A stretch of 40,419 nt of DNA from an uncultured Gammaproteobacteria bacterium. Its GTDB lineage: Bacteria; Patescibacteriota; Patescibacteriia; Patescibacteriales; CAZTIC01. Shown here piece after piece: positions 23,252 to 31,053 of the stretch. Under the pieces are notes generated by a model that saw only the letters and a list, made by a program, of their open reading frames with translations, was not told the DNA's origin and searched no databases. Position numbers and translations under genes: made by a program. How positions within the stretch are numbered: position 1 is the stretch's first letter; each line of letters begins with the position of its first letter. The stretch is from the NCBI GenBank assembly GCA_964613625.1, contig CAZTIC010000003.1, forward strand, positions 1 to 40,419, written 5' to 3'.

Positions 23252-24160
23252 ATGTTTAGAATAATACAAAAAAGAAAAATTTGGCTTAGTTTCTCTAGTC
23301 TATTAGTAGCGATCTCTGTATTGTTTCTAGTTATTTGGGGGTTAAATTTCGGTATCGATTTTACTGGAGGTAGTTTGCTGGAAGTTAAATTTTTGAATGA
23401 AAGACCGGGTGTTGATCAAGTTCAAAATGTATTAAGTGATTTAGACTTGGGTAGTTTAATTGTCCAGCCAGTTGGAGAAGAGGAACTAGTATTGAGATTT
23501 CAGGATATTACTGAAGAAAAACATCAAGAAGCTTTAGCTAAGATAGGTGAGATTAAAACATCAAGTGAAGAATTAGTTCAATTTGAAGAGCTCCGATATG
23601 ATTCGATCGGTCCATCTATCGGAAAAGAATTAAAACAAAAATCAGTTTATGCCATGCTTGTTGTTTTGATTGCTATTATTATTTATATTGCTTGGGCTTT
23701 TCGAAAAGTATCCAAGCCAATTGCTTCATGGAAGTATGGTATGTCTGCAATTATTGCTTTGTTTCATGATGTATTAATTGTATTAGGAGTATTTGCATTC
23801 TTGGGGCAATTCTACGGCATAGAAATTAATTCAGCTTTTGTAGCTGCTATTTTGACAGTATTAGGGTACTCAGTAAATGATACAATTGTTGTGTTTGATA
23901 GAGTTAGAGAAAACCTACCAAAGAGTGAAGAGGACTTTGAAAATACGATCAACACAAGTGTGAATCAAACAATTACTCGTTCAATTAATACTTCTGTTAC
24001 TACTTTATTAGTGCTTCTTTCAATCTTCTTTTTTGGAGGATCAACTATTAGAGATTTTGTATTAGCTTTATCAATCGGTGTGTTTATCGGTACTTATAGT
24101 TCTATCTTCTTAGCTAGTCCTACTTTGGTTCTTTGGGAGAAGCTTAAAAATAGGGGTTAG
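23252..24160 (+). CDS. secF: Protein translocase subunit SecF
   Basis: 302 aa with GIDFTGGS near the N-terminus, then 6 TM helices with YSVNDTIVVFDRVREN. Confidence 0.9.
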   Translation: MFRIIQKRKIWLSFSSLLVAISVLFLVIWGLNFGIDFTGGSLLEVKFLNERPGVDQVQNVLSDLDLGSLIVQPVGEEELVLRFQDITEEKHQEALAKIGEIKTSSEELVQFEELRYDSIGPSIGKELKQKSVYAMLVVLIAIIIYIAWAFRKVSKPIASWKYGMSAIIALFHDVLIVLGVFAFLGQFYGIEINSAFVAAILTVLGYSVNDTIVVFDRVRENLPKSEEDFENTINTSVNQTITRSINTSVTTLLVLLSIFFFGGSTIRDFVLALSIGVFIGTYSSIFLASPTLVLWEKLKNRG

Positions 24161-24187
24161 TTGATATATTTTAGATTATATATTGAA

Positions 24188-24219
24188 ATTTGTCTTCCAA
24201 TTGGAAGACAAATTTTTTT
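24188..24219 (+). terminator. secF rho-independent terminator
   Basis: ATTTGTCTTCC-aatt-GGAAGACAAAT followed by TTTTTT. Confidence 0.8.
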
Positions 24220-24241
24220 AGAAGAAATTATTAATTATCGT

Positions 24242-24276
24242 CCCCTCTCCTGGACAGGAGAGGGCTAGGGTGAGGT
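24242..24276 (-). repeat. Family-U unit, inverted orientation
   Basis: CCCCTCTCC-tggaca-GGAGAGGG-CTAGGGTGAGGTGG. Compare with 4110-4142. Confidence 0.75.
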
Positions 24277-24328
24277 GGAAAAGGTTGTGAATTAAAACAA
24301 TTTTTTTCTTTCATTATAATCTTCGTTA

Positions 24329-24368
24329 CCCCTCACCCCAACCCTTTCTCGAAAGAGGGAGAGGGGGA
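24329..24368 (+). repeat. Family-U unit, forward orientation
   Basis: CCCCTCACCCCAACCCTTTCTCGAAAGAGGGAGAGGGGG. It is separated from the inverted copy by a ~52-bp AT-rich spacer, so the pair is divergent, opposite to the order at 4063-4142. Confidence 0.75.
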
Positions 24369-24375
24369 TGACTGC

Positions 24376-24404
24376 TTGACTATGTGTAAATAATAATATA
24401 TTAT
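24376..24404 (+). promoter_or_regulatory. Promoter: TTGACT-17-TATTAT, positioned for a leaderless transcript
   Basis: TTGACT lies at 24376-24381 and TATTAT at 24399-24404. The ATG at 24411 begins 7 nt after the -10 element. Confidence 0.45.
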
Positions 24405-24410
24405 TAACAT

Positions 24411-24485
24411 ATGAAGAAAATTTTTGCGCAACAAACTCCACCAGCACCAAACTCAATTTATCAGTTTGGGAGTTTTGTTATGTAA
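24411..24485 (+). CDS. Candidate leaderless 24-codon ORF (MKKIFAQQTPPAPNSIYQFGSFVM)
   Basis: This is my own translation. There is no SD, but the ATG sits at the predicted transcription start. An intrinsic terminator follows 21 nt after the stop. It is too small for the ORF track. Confidence 0.25.
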   Translation: MKKIFAQQTPPAPNSIYQFGSFVM

Positions 24486-24506
24486 ATAAATAAAAAATTT
24501 TTATGA

Positions 24507-24530
24507 GACGACCCAAGCGGGTCGTTTTTT
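24507..24530 (+). terminator. Rho-independent terminator / attenuator
   Basis: ACGACCC (24508-24514) pairs with GGGTCGT (24519-24525) around the loop AAGC, followed by TTTTTT. The SD of the next ORF follows immediately. Confidence 0.65.
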
Positions 24531-24554
24531 AATTGGAAAAAAAAGGAGGGCAAT

Positions 24555-24758
24555 ATGCAGAAAAAAATAGACATAGCTCGAATAGGAGGTCATTTAAAAG
24601 AAGTAAGAAAGTATATTGGTGGTTTATTTGTGACTGTGCAAGCACAAATAATTAATAACAAAGCAATATGTCCAGTGTGTCATGAAAAATATCGATGTTA
24701 TGGCGAGGATGAATGCCTTTGCACAAAATGTCGGATATCATTCTTTGTATATTACTGA
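24555..24758 (+). CDS. Small zinc-ribbon protein (67 aa)
   Basis: A strong SD (GGAGGG, 24545-24550) lies 4 nt before the ATG. The Cys cluster is CPVCHEKYRCYGEDECLCTKC (CxxC ... CxxC). Confidence 0.55.
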   Translation: MQKKIDIARIGGHLKEVRKYIGGLFVTVQAQIINNKAICPVCHEKYRCYGEDECLCTKCRISFFVYY

Positions 24759-24770
24759 TTTTACATCATT

Positions 24771-24802
24771 TTGCTGTCTTATTATATTTAATAAGACAGC
24801 AA
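24771..24802. terminator. 14-bp perfect hairpin after the zinc-ribbon ORF
   Basis: TTGCTGTCTTATTA-tatt-TAATAAGACAGCAA. The downstream T-run is weak (AAAAATCTCTTTT). Confidence 0.5.
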
Positions 24803-24811
24803 AAATCTCTT

Positions 24812-24840
24812 TTGACATGAGTATTTAATTAAGTTAAAAT
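24812..24840 (+). promoter_or_regulatory. Promoter: TTGACA-17-TAAAAT (proS)
   Basis: TTGACA lies at 24812-24817 and TAAAAT at 24835-24840. Confidence 0.55.
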
Positions 24841-24900
24841 AGTATTAATTAATAAAAAGGCTGTATACAATTTTTACACAGCTTTTATAACAGTAACATT

Positions 24901-26142
24901 ATGCTTCAATCACAATTATTTACAAAAACTCGTAAAGAAGCCCCAAAAGACGAGATATCGAAGAATGCCCAATTGTTAATTCGGGCAGGTTTTATTAACA
25001 AGGAAATGGCAGGTGTATACTCATATCTTCCTTTGGGTTTCAGAGTGCTTAATAATATCGAAAATATTATTCGTGAAGAGATGAATGAGGCTGGAGGACA
25101 AGAGATCTTTATGACATCTCTCCAAGAAAAAGAGATATGGGAAAAAACAGGTAGATGGAGCGACAAAGAAGTAGACAATTGGTTTAAGACAAAATTAAAA
25201 AATGGCACCGAACTTGGTTTGGGTTTTACTCATGAAGAACCGATAGCTAAGATTATGAAGAATTACGTCTCTTCTTATAAGGATCTTCCATTTTGTGTTT
25301 ATCAGATTCAAACTAAATTTCGAAATGAAGAAAGAGCTAAAGCAGGATTACTTCGAGGACGAGAATTCAAAATGAAAGATCTTTATTCTTTTTCACGTAA
25401 CAAAGAAGAACACGATGAATTCTATGAAAAGATGAAAGAAGTTTACATGAAGGTATTCACTAGACTGGAAATGGGTGATAAAACATATTTAACAATTTCT
25501 AATGGTGGATCTTTTTCAAAATATTCATTTGAATTCCAGACATTATCAGAAGCAGGCGAAGATATGATATATATAGACGAGAAAAATAACATTGCTATCA
25601 ATGAAGATGATTATAATGATGAAGTTTTGAAAGATTTTAATATTAAAACACCAAAAGAAGAATTAATTAAAGAAAAATCTATTGAAGTGGGTGATATATA
25701 TTCACTGGGATATAAATATTCAGAAGCTTTTGATCTGAATTATAAAAATGAACAAGGGAAAGACGAATTAGTGTATATGGGTTCTTATGGTATGAGTCCA
25801 AGTAGGCTCATGGGTTCTGTAGTGGAGTTAAATAGTGATGATAAAGGTATTATGTGGCCTGAAGCAGTAGCACCGTTTAAAGTACACTTGGTTTCACTGA
25901 ATCAAAATGAAGAAGCAGAGAAGATATATAAAGAATTACAGAAAAATAACGTAGAAGTGTTATATGATGATAGAGATGCAAGTACTGGGGGAAAATTAGC
26001 CGACGCTGACTTGATGGGTTGTCCTATTAGATTGGTGGTTAGCGCCAAGACTTTAAAAGAAGATTCAGTTGAAGTTAAAAAAAGAAGTGAAGAAAAGGTT
26101 GAATTAGTTAAGATAAGTGATGTGGTTAAGTTTTTGAAATAA
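24901..26142 (+). CDS. proS: Prolyl-tRNA synthetase, bacterial-type core lacking the INS editing domain
   Basis: 413 aa. The N-terminus (SQLFTKTRKEAPKDEISKNAQLLIRAGFI..GVYSYLPLG) and YQIQTKFRNEERAKAGLLRGREFKMKDLYSF match bacterial ProRS motifs 1 and 2. Only a short segment separates motif 2 from motif 3. The anticodon-binding domain is C-terminal. Confidence 0.88.
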   Translation: MLQSQLFTKTRKEAPKDEISKNAQLLIRAGFINKEMAGVYSYLPLGFRVLNNIENIIREEMNEAGGQEIFMTSLQEKEIWEKTGRWSDKEVDNWFKTKLKNGTELGLGFTHEEPIAKIMKNYVSSYKDLPFCVYQIQTKFRNEERAKAGLLRGREFKMKDLYSFSRNKEEHDEFYEKMKEVYMKVFTRLEMGDKTYLTISNGGSFSKYSFEFQTLSEAGEDMIYIDEKNNIAINEDDYNDEVLKDFNIKTPKEELIKEKSIEVGDIYSLGYKYSEAFDLNYKNEQGKDELVYMGSYGMSPSRLMGSVVELNSDDKGIMWPEAVAPFKVHLVSLNQNEEAEKIYKELQKNNVEVLYDDRDASTGGKLADADLMGCPIRLVVSAKTLKEDSVEVKKRSEEKVELVKISDVVKFLK

Positions 26143-26162
26143 TCGTATTTTTAAGTTGCTAT

Positions 26163-26483
26163 ATGGATATAAAAGATCTATCAAAAAAAATTTTAGATTT
26201 AGTTAGAGAAAAAGGATTTGGTTTAAAGCCAGATGAGATAAATGTAGGTGAAAAAATTGCCTTGATACATAGCGAACTTAGCGAGGCACTAGATGCGTAT
26301 CGGAAGAAAAGATTCGAGGGTGCTGATAATTTCGGAGAAGAATTAGCCGATGTTATAGTGAGAACCTTACACTTAGCTGGTATTTTTGATATAGATATAG
26401 AGAAGGAGATAATAAAAAAAATAGAATCAAATAAAGATAGAGAGTGGGATTGGGAAAATTTGAATGAGCAGAATAGCTTATAA
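26163..26483 (+). CDS. Small MazG-like nucleoside triphosphate pyrophosphohydrolase
   Basis: 106 aa with IHSELSEALDAYRK and EELADVIVRTLHLA (the EExxE/D-type helical pair typical of MazG domains). Confidence 0.6.
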   Translation: MDIKDLSKKILDLVREKGFGLKPDEINVGEKIALIHSELSEALDAYRKKRFEGADNFGEELADVIVRTLHLAGIFDIDIEKEIIKKIESNKDREWDWENLNEQNSL

Positions 26484-26491
26484 TTAAATTT

Positions 26492-26512
26492 CGTTACGCG
26501 TTACGCGTTACG
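26492..26512 (+). repeat. Tandem heptamer (CGTTACG)x3
   Basis: CGTTACGCGTTACGCGTTACG followed by AGTTAT. It fills most of the gap between the MazG-like stop and the mreB GTG. Confidence 0.85.
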
Positions 26513-26526
26513 AGTTATATGATAAA

Positions 26527-27570
26527 GTGTTAAACAAACTTTTAGGAAAATTTAGTCAAGATTTGGGGATAGACTTGGGTACCAAAAATACCCTTGTTTA
26601 TACTGCAGACAAAGGGATTGTAATAAACGAGCCATCAGTAGTGGCTGTAAATATGCGAACTGATGAAATCTTAGCCGTGGGAGAAGAAGCTAGGAAAATG
26701 GTTGGTAAAACTCCTGCTCATATCCAAGCTATCAAACCATTGGTGGATGGTGTTATTTCTGATTTTGAAGTAACTGAAAAAATGATTAAGTATTTTATCG
26801 ACAAAGTGCATAGTGAAAATTTTACTCTTATGCCTAGACCAAGAGTTGTGATTGGCATCCCGCTTGATATTACTGAAGTAGAGAAAAAAGCCGTGGAAGA
26901 CGCGGCTAAGTCAGCTGGTGCTCGTCAGGTTTATTTAATTGAAGAATCAATGGCGTCTGCAATTGGCGCTCGTTTACCAGTAGCAGAGGCGACGGCTACA
27001 ATGGTCGTCGATGTTGGTGGAGGTACAACTGAGATTTCAGTGATATCTCTAGGCGGAGTAGTTACTTGGAAATCTCTTCGCACAGCTGGGAATGAATTTG
27101 ATAGTAATATTGTTGATTTTGCTCGAGAGGAGTTTAATATTTTGATTGGAGAACAGGTAGCTGAGAAAACAAAAATTAGAATTGGTTCAGCAACGCCCTT
27201 GAAAGAACCAATGGAAATGGAAATTAGAGGTAGGGATTTAATCAATGGTCTTCCTAGAGCAGTTCAGATTAGTGATTCTCAAGTTCGAGAGGCATTAAGT
27301 CGAACAATAAATCTAATAATTGAAAATATAAAAATAACTTTAGAAACCACTCCTCCAGAATTGGTGGCTGATATTTATGAAAAAGGGATATTTTTGACTG
27401 GAGGCGGTGCTTTACTTCGAGGTTTAGACAAAGAGATCGCTCAAGCTACCAAAATTCCAGTACGGATTGCCGATGATCCTTTGACTTGCGTGGTGCGCGG
27501 TGCTGGTATGCTTCTTTCTGATCCTGAGTTGTTAGATAAAATATTGCTTCCAGGAAATGATGGTATGTAA
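26527..27570 (+). CDS. mreB: Rod-shape-determining actin homolog MreB (GTG start)
   Basis: 347 aa with FSQDLGIDLGTKNTLVY, VVDVGGGTTEISVISLGG and GIFLTGGGALLRGLD. Confidence 0.93.
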   Translation: MLNKLLGKFSQDLGIDLGTKNTLVYTADKGIVINEPSVVAVNMRTDEILAVGEEARKMVGKTPAHIQAIKPLVDGVISDFEVTEKMIKYFIDKVHSENFTLMPRPRVVIGIPLDITEVEKKAVEDAAKSAGARQVYLIEESMASAIGARLPVAEATATMVVDVGGGTTEISVISLGGVVTWKSLRTAGNEFDSNIVDFAREEFNILIGEQVAEKTKIRIGSATPLKEPMEMEIRGRDLINGLPRAVQISDSQVREALSRTINLIIENIKITLETTPPELVADIYEKGIFLTGGGALLRGLDKEIAQATKIPVRIADDPLTCVVRGAGMLLSDPELLDKILLPGNDGM

Positions 27571-27610
27571 TTGTCAAAGTTAAATTTATCTAGTAATTAC
27601 CAAAATTGAT

Positions 27611-28420
27611 ATGATAAAAGTAAGCTACAAAAGAATATTTCAAATAGTAGCAGTGATAGTGCTGCTTATTTTTTTTCATTATACAAAAATCTTGAGTCCG
27701 CTTGAGAGAATTATTATTAATATTATTAAGCCTTTTTCTGGAGGAGTGTATTCTGTGAGTTCTGATATTAGAGTTTCCTACAATGATCAGGGGGATAAAA
27801 GGGATTTGCTGAATGCAATAAATCTTTTAGAGGAAGATAATAATCGATTAATAGCAGAAAATTCTAAATTAAAATCAGTCCAAGAGGAAAATGATGAGTT
27901 AAGAAAATATTTAGACTTCTTTGACTTAAAAGAATATAATTATTTAATGTCAAATATTATTGCCGAGGGATTAGTGGACGATGTTAGTATAAATGAAAAT
28001 AGTTTAATTATTGATAAGGGAAGCAATGATGGTGTTGTTCTAGGCTTACCAGTTTTGAATGCTCAAGGCATAATGATCGGTAAAATAACAAAAGTTGAAA
28101 AAGATGTTTCCAAGATAAGCTTGTTAACTAGCGGAAATTGTAAAATAGCAGCCTCTATTCAGGGAGAATCTAATACAATTGGTGTGACTGAGGGGGAGCT
28201 GGGCTTAACATTAAAAATGAATTTTATTCCACAGAAAGAAGAAATAAAAATAAAAGATATAGTTGTTACTTCTGGATTGGAAAAAGAAATACCGAAAGGG
28301 CTTGTCATCGGAGAAGTAACTCAAATAACTAACAACAAGAATGATATCTGGCAAAGTGTGGTGATAGAACCTTTGGTTGATTTTCGAGAACTGGATATTG
28401 TTACCGTTATTACACCCTAG
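27611..28420 (+). CDS. mreC: Rod-shape-determining protein MreC
   Basis: 269 aa with an N-terminal TM helix, a coiled coil (LEEDNNRLIAENSKLKSVQEENDELRKYL), then a beta-rich domain (GSNDGVVLGLPVLNAQGIMIGKITKV). It sits between mreB and mreD. Confidence 0.85.
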   Translation: MIKVSYKRIFQIVAVIVLLIFFHYTKILSPLERIIINIIKPFSGGVYSVSSDIRVSYNDQGDKRDLLNAINLLEEDNNRLIAENSKLKSVQEENDELRKYLDFFDLKEYNYLMSNIIAEGLVDDVSINENSLIIDKGSNDGVVLGLPVLNAQGIMIGKITKVEKDVSKISLLTSGNCKIAASIQGESNTIGVTEGELGLTLKMNFIPQKEEIKIKDIVVTSGLEKEIPKGLVIGEVTQITNNKNDIWQSVVIEPLVDFRELDIVTVITP

Positions 28421-28445
28421 AAATTTTTCAAATAATTTTTTAGAT

Positions 28446-28976
28446 ATGTATTATAAAATTTTCTTCAATATAATATTAATATTATTAGTAGCTATTTTTC
28501 AGATTTCTTTTGTGAATAATTTACCCCTATATTTTAATCAAATAAATATATTTCTTCTTATTTTGATATTTATTTTGAGTTTGACCAATTTTGAATATAT
28601 AGCTTGGTGGTCTATAGGTATAGGGCTGATATTAGATATTTTTTCTTTTTATTTTTTCGGTGTTTATTTAGTTTCTTATTTTTTGACTATATTACTCATA
28701 AATTATTTATACAAAAATTATTTTACTGATCGTTCTCTTTATTCCTTTTCTATACTTATAGTTATTTCTATAATTTTTTATGAATTTATTATTAAAACTT
28801 TTTATTATTTGTTATTTTTAATAAATAGTAAAGAGGTTTTTTTTCTAGTTAGTGAGATTTTTTGGTTTAATCTTTTTTCTGAATTAATAATAAATTTATT
28901 AGCAATGTCAATTTTGTTTTATATTTTTAGCTTATTGTCAGAAAAATTAAAACCTGTTTTTTTAATAAAAAAGTAA
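28446..28976 (+). CDS. mreD: Rod-shape-determining protein MreD (polytopic membrane protein)
   Basis: The product is highly hydrophobic and the gene follows mreC. I place the start at ATG 28446 (MYYKIFFNIIL...) rather than the track start 28377, which overlaps the mreC 3' end. Confidence 0.65.
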   Translation: MYYKIFFNIILILLVAIFQISFVNNLPLYFNQINIFLLILIFILSLTNFEYIAWWSIGIGLILDIFSFYFFGVYLVSYFLTILLINYLYKNYFTDRSLYSFSILIVISIIFYEFIIKTFYYLLFLINSKEVFFLVSEIFWFNLFSELIINLLAMSILFYIFSLLSEKLKPVFLIKK

Positions 28977-30943
28977 TGAAAAATAGATTTAAAATAAAAA
29001 AAGAAAATTCTGACAACCCTTTTGTAGTACAAGAAGGCAGGTATAAGAAAATTGAGGGTTATTCTTTCCGAACTAGCTGGATCGAAGATTCCTACGTTGA
29101 TGAAGCGGGCACAGGAGAGATTGTTGGTAATAGTTTTGATGTTGGTAAAATTCGTTTTATTGTCTTTTTTGTATTATTTTTTATTTCTTTTATATTTTTT
29201 CGCTTAGTTCAGCTTCAAGTTGCAAAAGGCGATTATTATTACGGCATGGCTGAGGGAAACCGTATCAGAATCGAAAGAATAGAAGCAAAAAGGGGCGTAA
29301 TTTATGACAGAAATATGATCCCATTAGTTAGAAATGTTGCTAATTTTTTATTATATTTTGTTCCATCTGATTTACCTAGAGATCCGATAGAAAAAGAAGA
29401 GCTAATAAAAAATATAAGCAATTTAATTGACGGTATCGATGAAAAAGAAATCAACGAAAAATTAAGCAAGTTGGAAATCGGCACCTTGGAATCTATGCAA
29501 CCTTTATTTATAGTTGATGACATAGCTTATGAAGCAGCTATGAAACTATACTTGCAATCTCAAAATATGCCGGGCGTTGTTTTGTCGAATAAAAGTAGAC
29601 GTGAATACAATTTGTACGCTGATACTCTTTCGCATGTTTTGGGTTATACGGGAAAAATTAATGAAAAAGAACTTTCTCAGTATGGAGATGAGTATTTGAT
29701 GATTGATTATATTGGAAAAACTGGTGTTGAGTATTTTTGGGAAAATGAATTGAAAGGTAATAGTGGCAAAAGACACGTCGAAGTCAACGCATTGGGTAAA
29801 AAGAGTAAAATACTTGGCTCTGAGGAGGCAGAAGATGGGCATAATCTGGTTTTATCTATTGATGCCTTAGTACAGAAAAAATTGGAAGAAATACTTGTTT
29901 CATATTTAGAAAAAATTAATAAAGAAAAAGCTTCTGGCGTGGTTATGAATCCTAATAATGGTGAAATAATCGCCTTGGTAAGTTATCCAGGGTATAATAA
30001 TAATTTATTTGCGCAAGGCATAAGTCAGAATGATTATGATGAGTTGATAAATCGGACTGATAACCCATTGTTTAATCGTGCAATTAGTGGAGAATTTCCT
30101 TCTGGGTCTACTATCAAGCCAGTAATTTCGGCGGCAGCTTTAGAAGAGGGTATAATTAATGAAAATACGTCCTTTAATAGTGTTGGAGGCATCCGAATAG
30201 GTCAGTGGTTTTTTCCGGATTGGAAAGCTGGTGGTCACGGAATAACAAACGTGAGAAAAGCCATTGCTCAATCTGTAAATACATTTTTTTATTTTATTGG
30301 TGAAGGTTATGATAATTTTGTTGGACTCGGAGTGGATAAAATTGTTAAATATGGACGTTTATTTGGCATGGGAGAACAGACCGGTATAGATTTGGTTGGG
30401 GAAGCGTCTGGCTTCCTGCCAACCAAAGAATGGAAAGAGAAGACTAAGGGAGAAATGTGGTATATAGGTGATACTTATCATATGGCTATAGGTCAGGGAG
30501 ATGTTTTGGTCACTCCTCTTCAGGTTGCGTTGTTTACCAGTGTATTTGCCAATGGAGGCAGTTTGTATAGACCTCATATTGTTAAGCAATTACTAAATAG
30601 CAATGATCATTTAGTTAGCGATATTGATACTGCGCCTATTCGTGATGGTTTTATTTCTGATCAAAATATTGAGATAGTCAGAGAGGGAATGAGACAAACA
30701 ATTACAGATGGATCAGCTCGAAGTATGCAATCTGTTCCGGTGGCCGTAGCTGGAAAGACAGGAACTGCGCAGTGGTCAAGTAAGTATGATTATCATGCTT
30801 GGTTTACTGGTTTTGCACCGTACGAAAATCCAGAATTGGTTATAACCATATTGGTTGAAGAGGGTGGAGGTGGTGATGTTGTTGCCGTTCCAATCGCAAG
30901 AGAGTTTTTGATTTGGTATTTTGGAGAGTATAAAAATGAATAA
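28976..30943 (+). CDS. mrdA: Penicillin-binding protein 2 (elongasome transpeptidase)
   Basis: 655 aa with an N-terminal TM helix and the SxxK motif (SGSTIKP), SxN (QSVN) and KTG (GKTGTAQ). The ATG overlaps the mreD stop (TAATG). Confidence 0.9.
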   Translation: MKNRFKIKKENSDNPFVVQEGRYKKIEGYSFRTSWIEDSYVDEAGTGEIVGNSFDVGKIRFIVFFVLFFISFIFFRLVQLQVAKGDYYYGMAEGNRIRIERIEAKRGVIYDRNMIPLVRNVANFLLYFVPSDLPRDPIEKEELIKNISNLIDGIDEKEINEKLSKLEIGTLESMQPLFIVDDIAYEAAMKLYLQSQNMPGVVLSNKSRREYNLYADTLSHVLGYTGKINEKELSQYGDEYLMIDYIGKTGVEYFWENELKGNSGKRHVEVNALGKKSKILGSEEAEDGHNLVLSIDALVQKKLEEILVSYLEKINKEKASGVVMNPNNGEIIALVSYPGYNNNLFAQGISQNDYDELINRTDNPLFNRAISGEFPSGSTIKPVISAAALEEGIINENTSFNSVGGIRIGQWFFPDWKAGGHGITNVRKAIAQSVNTFFYFIGEGYDNFVGLGVDKIVKYGRLFGMGEQTGIDLVGEASGFLPTKEWKEKTKGEMWYIGDTYHMAIGQGDVLVTPLQVALFTSVFANGGSLYRPHIVKQLLNSNDHLVSDIDTAPIRDGFISDQNIEIVREGMRQTITDGSARSMQSVPVAVAGKTGTAQWSSKYDYHAWFTGFAPYENPELVITILVEEGGGGDVVAVPIAREFLIWYFGEYKNE

Positions 30944-30960
30944 TTTTTATAGTAAAAAAT

Positions 30961-31003
30961 AAAGCGGTCCGACCTCTATATAGAGGTCGGACCGCTTTAT
31001 TTG
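30961..31003 (+). terminator. PBP2 terminator (long perfect GC-rich palindrome)
   Basis: AAAGCGGTCCGACCTCTA-ta-TAGAGGTCGGACCGCTTT followed by ATTTG. Confidence 0.8.
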
Positions 31004-31007
31004 ATTA

Positions 31008-31035
31008 TCACCTGCGTAGATATTTACGTAGGTGA
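31008..31035. repeat. Second hairpin between convergent genes
   Basis: TCACCTGCGT pairs with ACGTAGGTGA (10 bp, with one G-T pair that is wobble-compatible only on the + strand). The loop is AGATATTT. Confidence 0.5.
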
Positions 31036-31053
31036 ATAGTTTTTAAGAAAATA

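Noticed and set aside
24161-24900. T-box or other riboswitch upstream of proS
   Set aside because: The proS leader after the 24812-24840 promoter is only ~55 nt, which is too short for a T-box. I could find no specifier or T-box motif (AGGGUGGNACCGCG-like).
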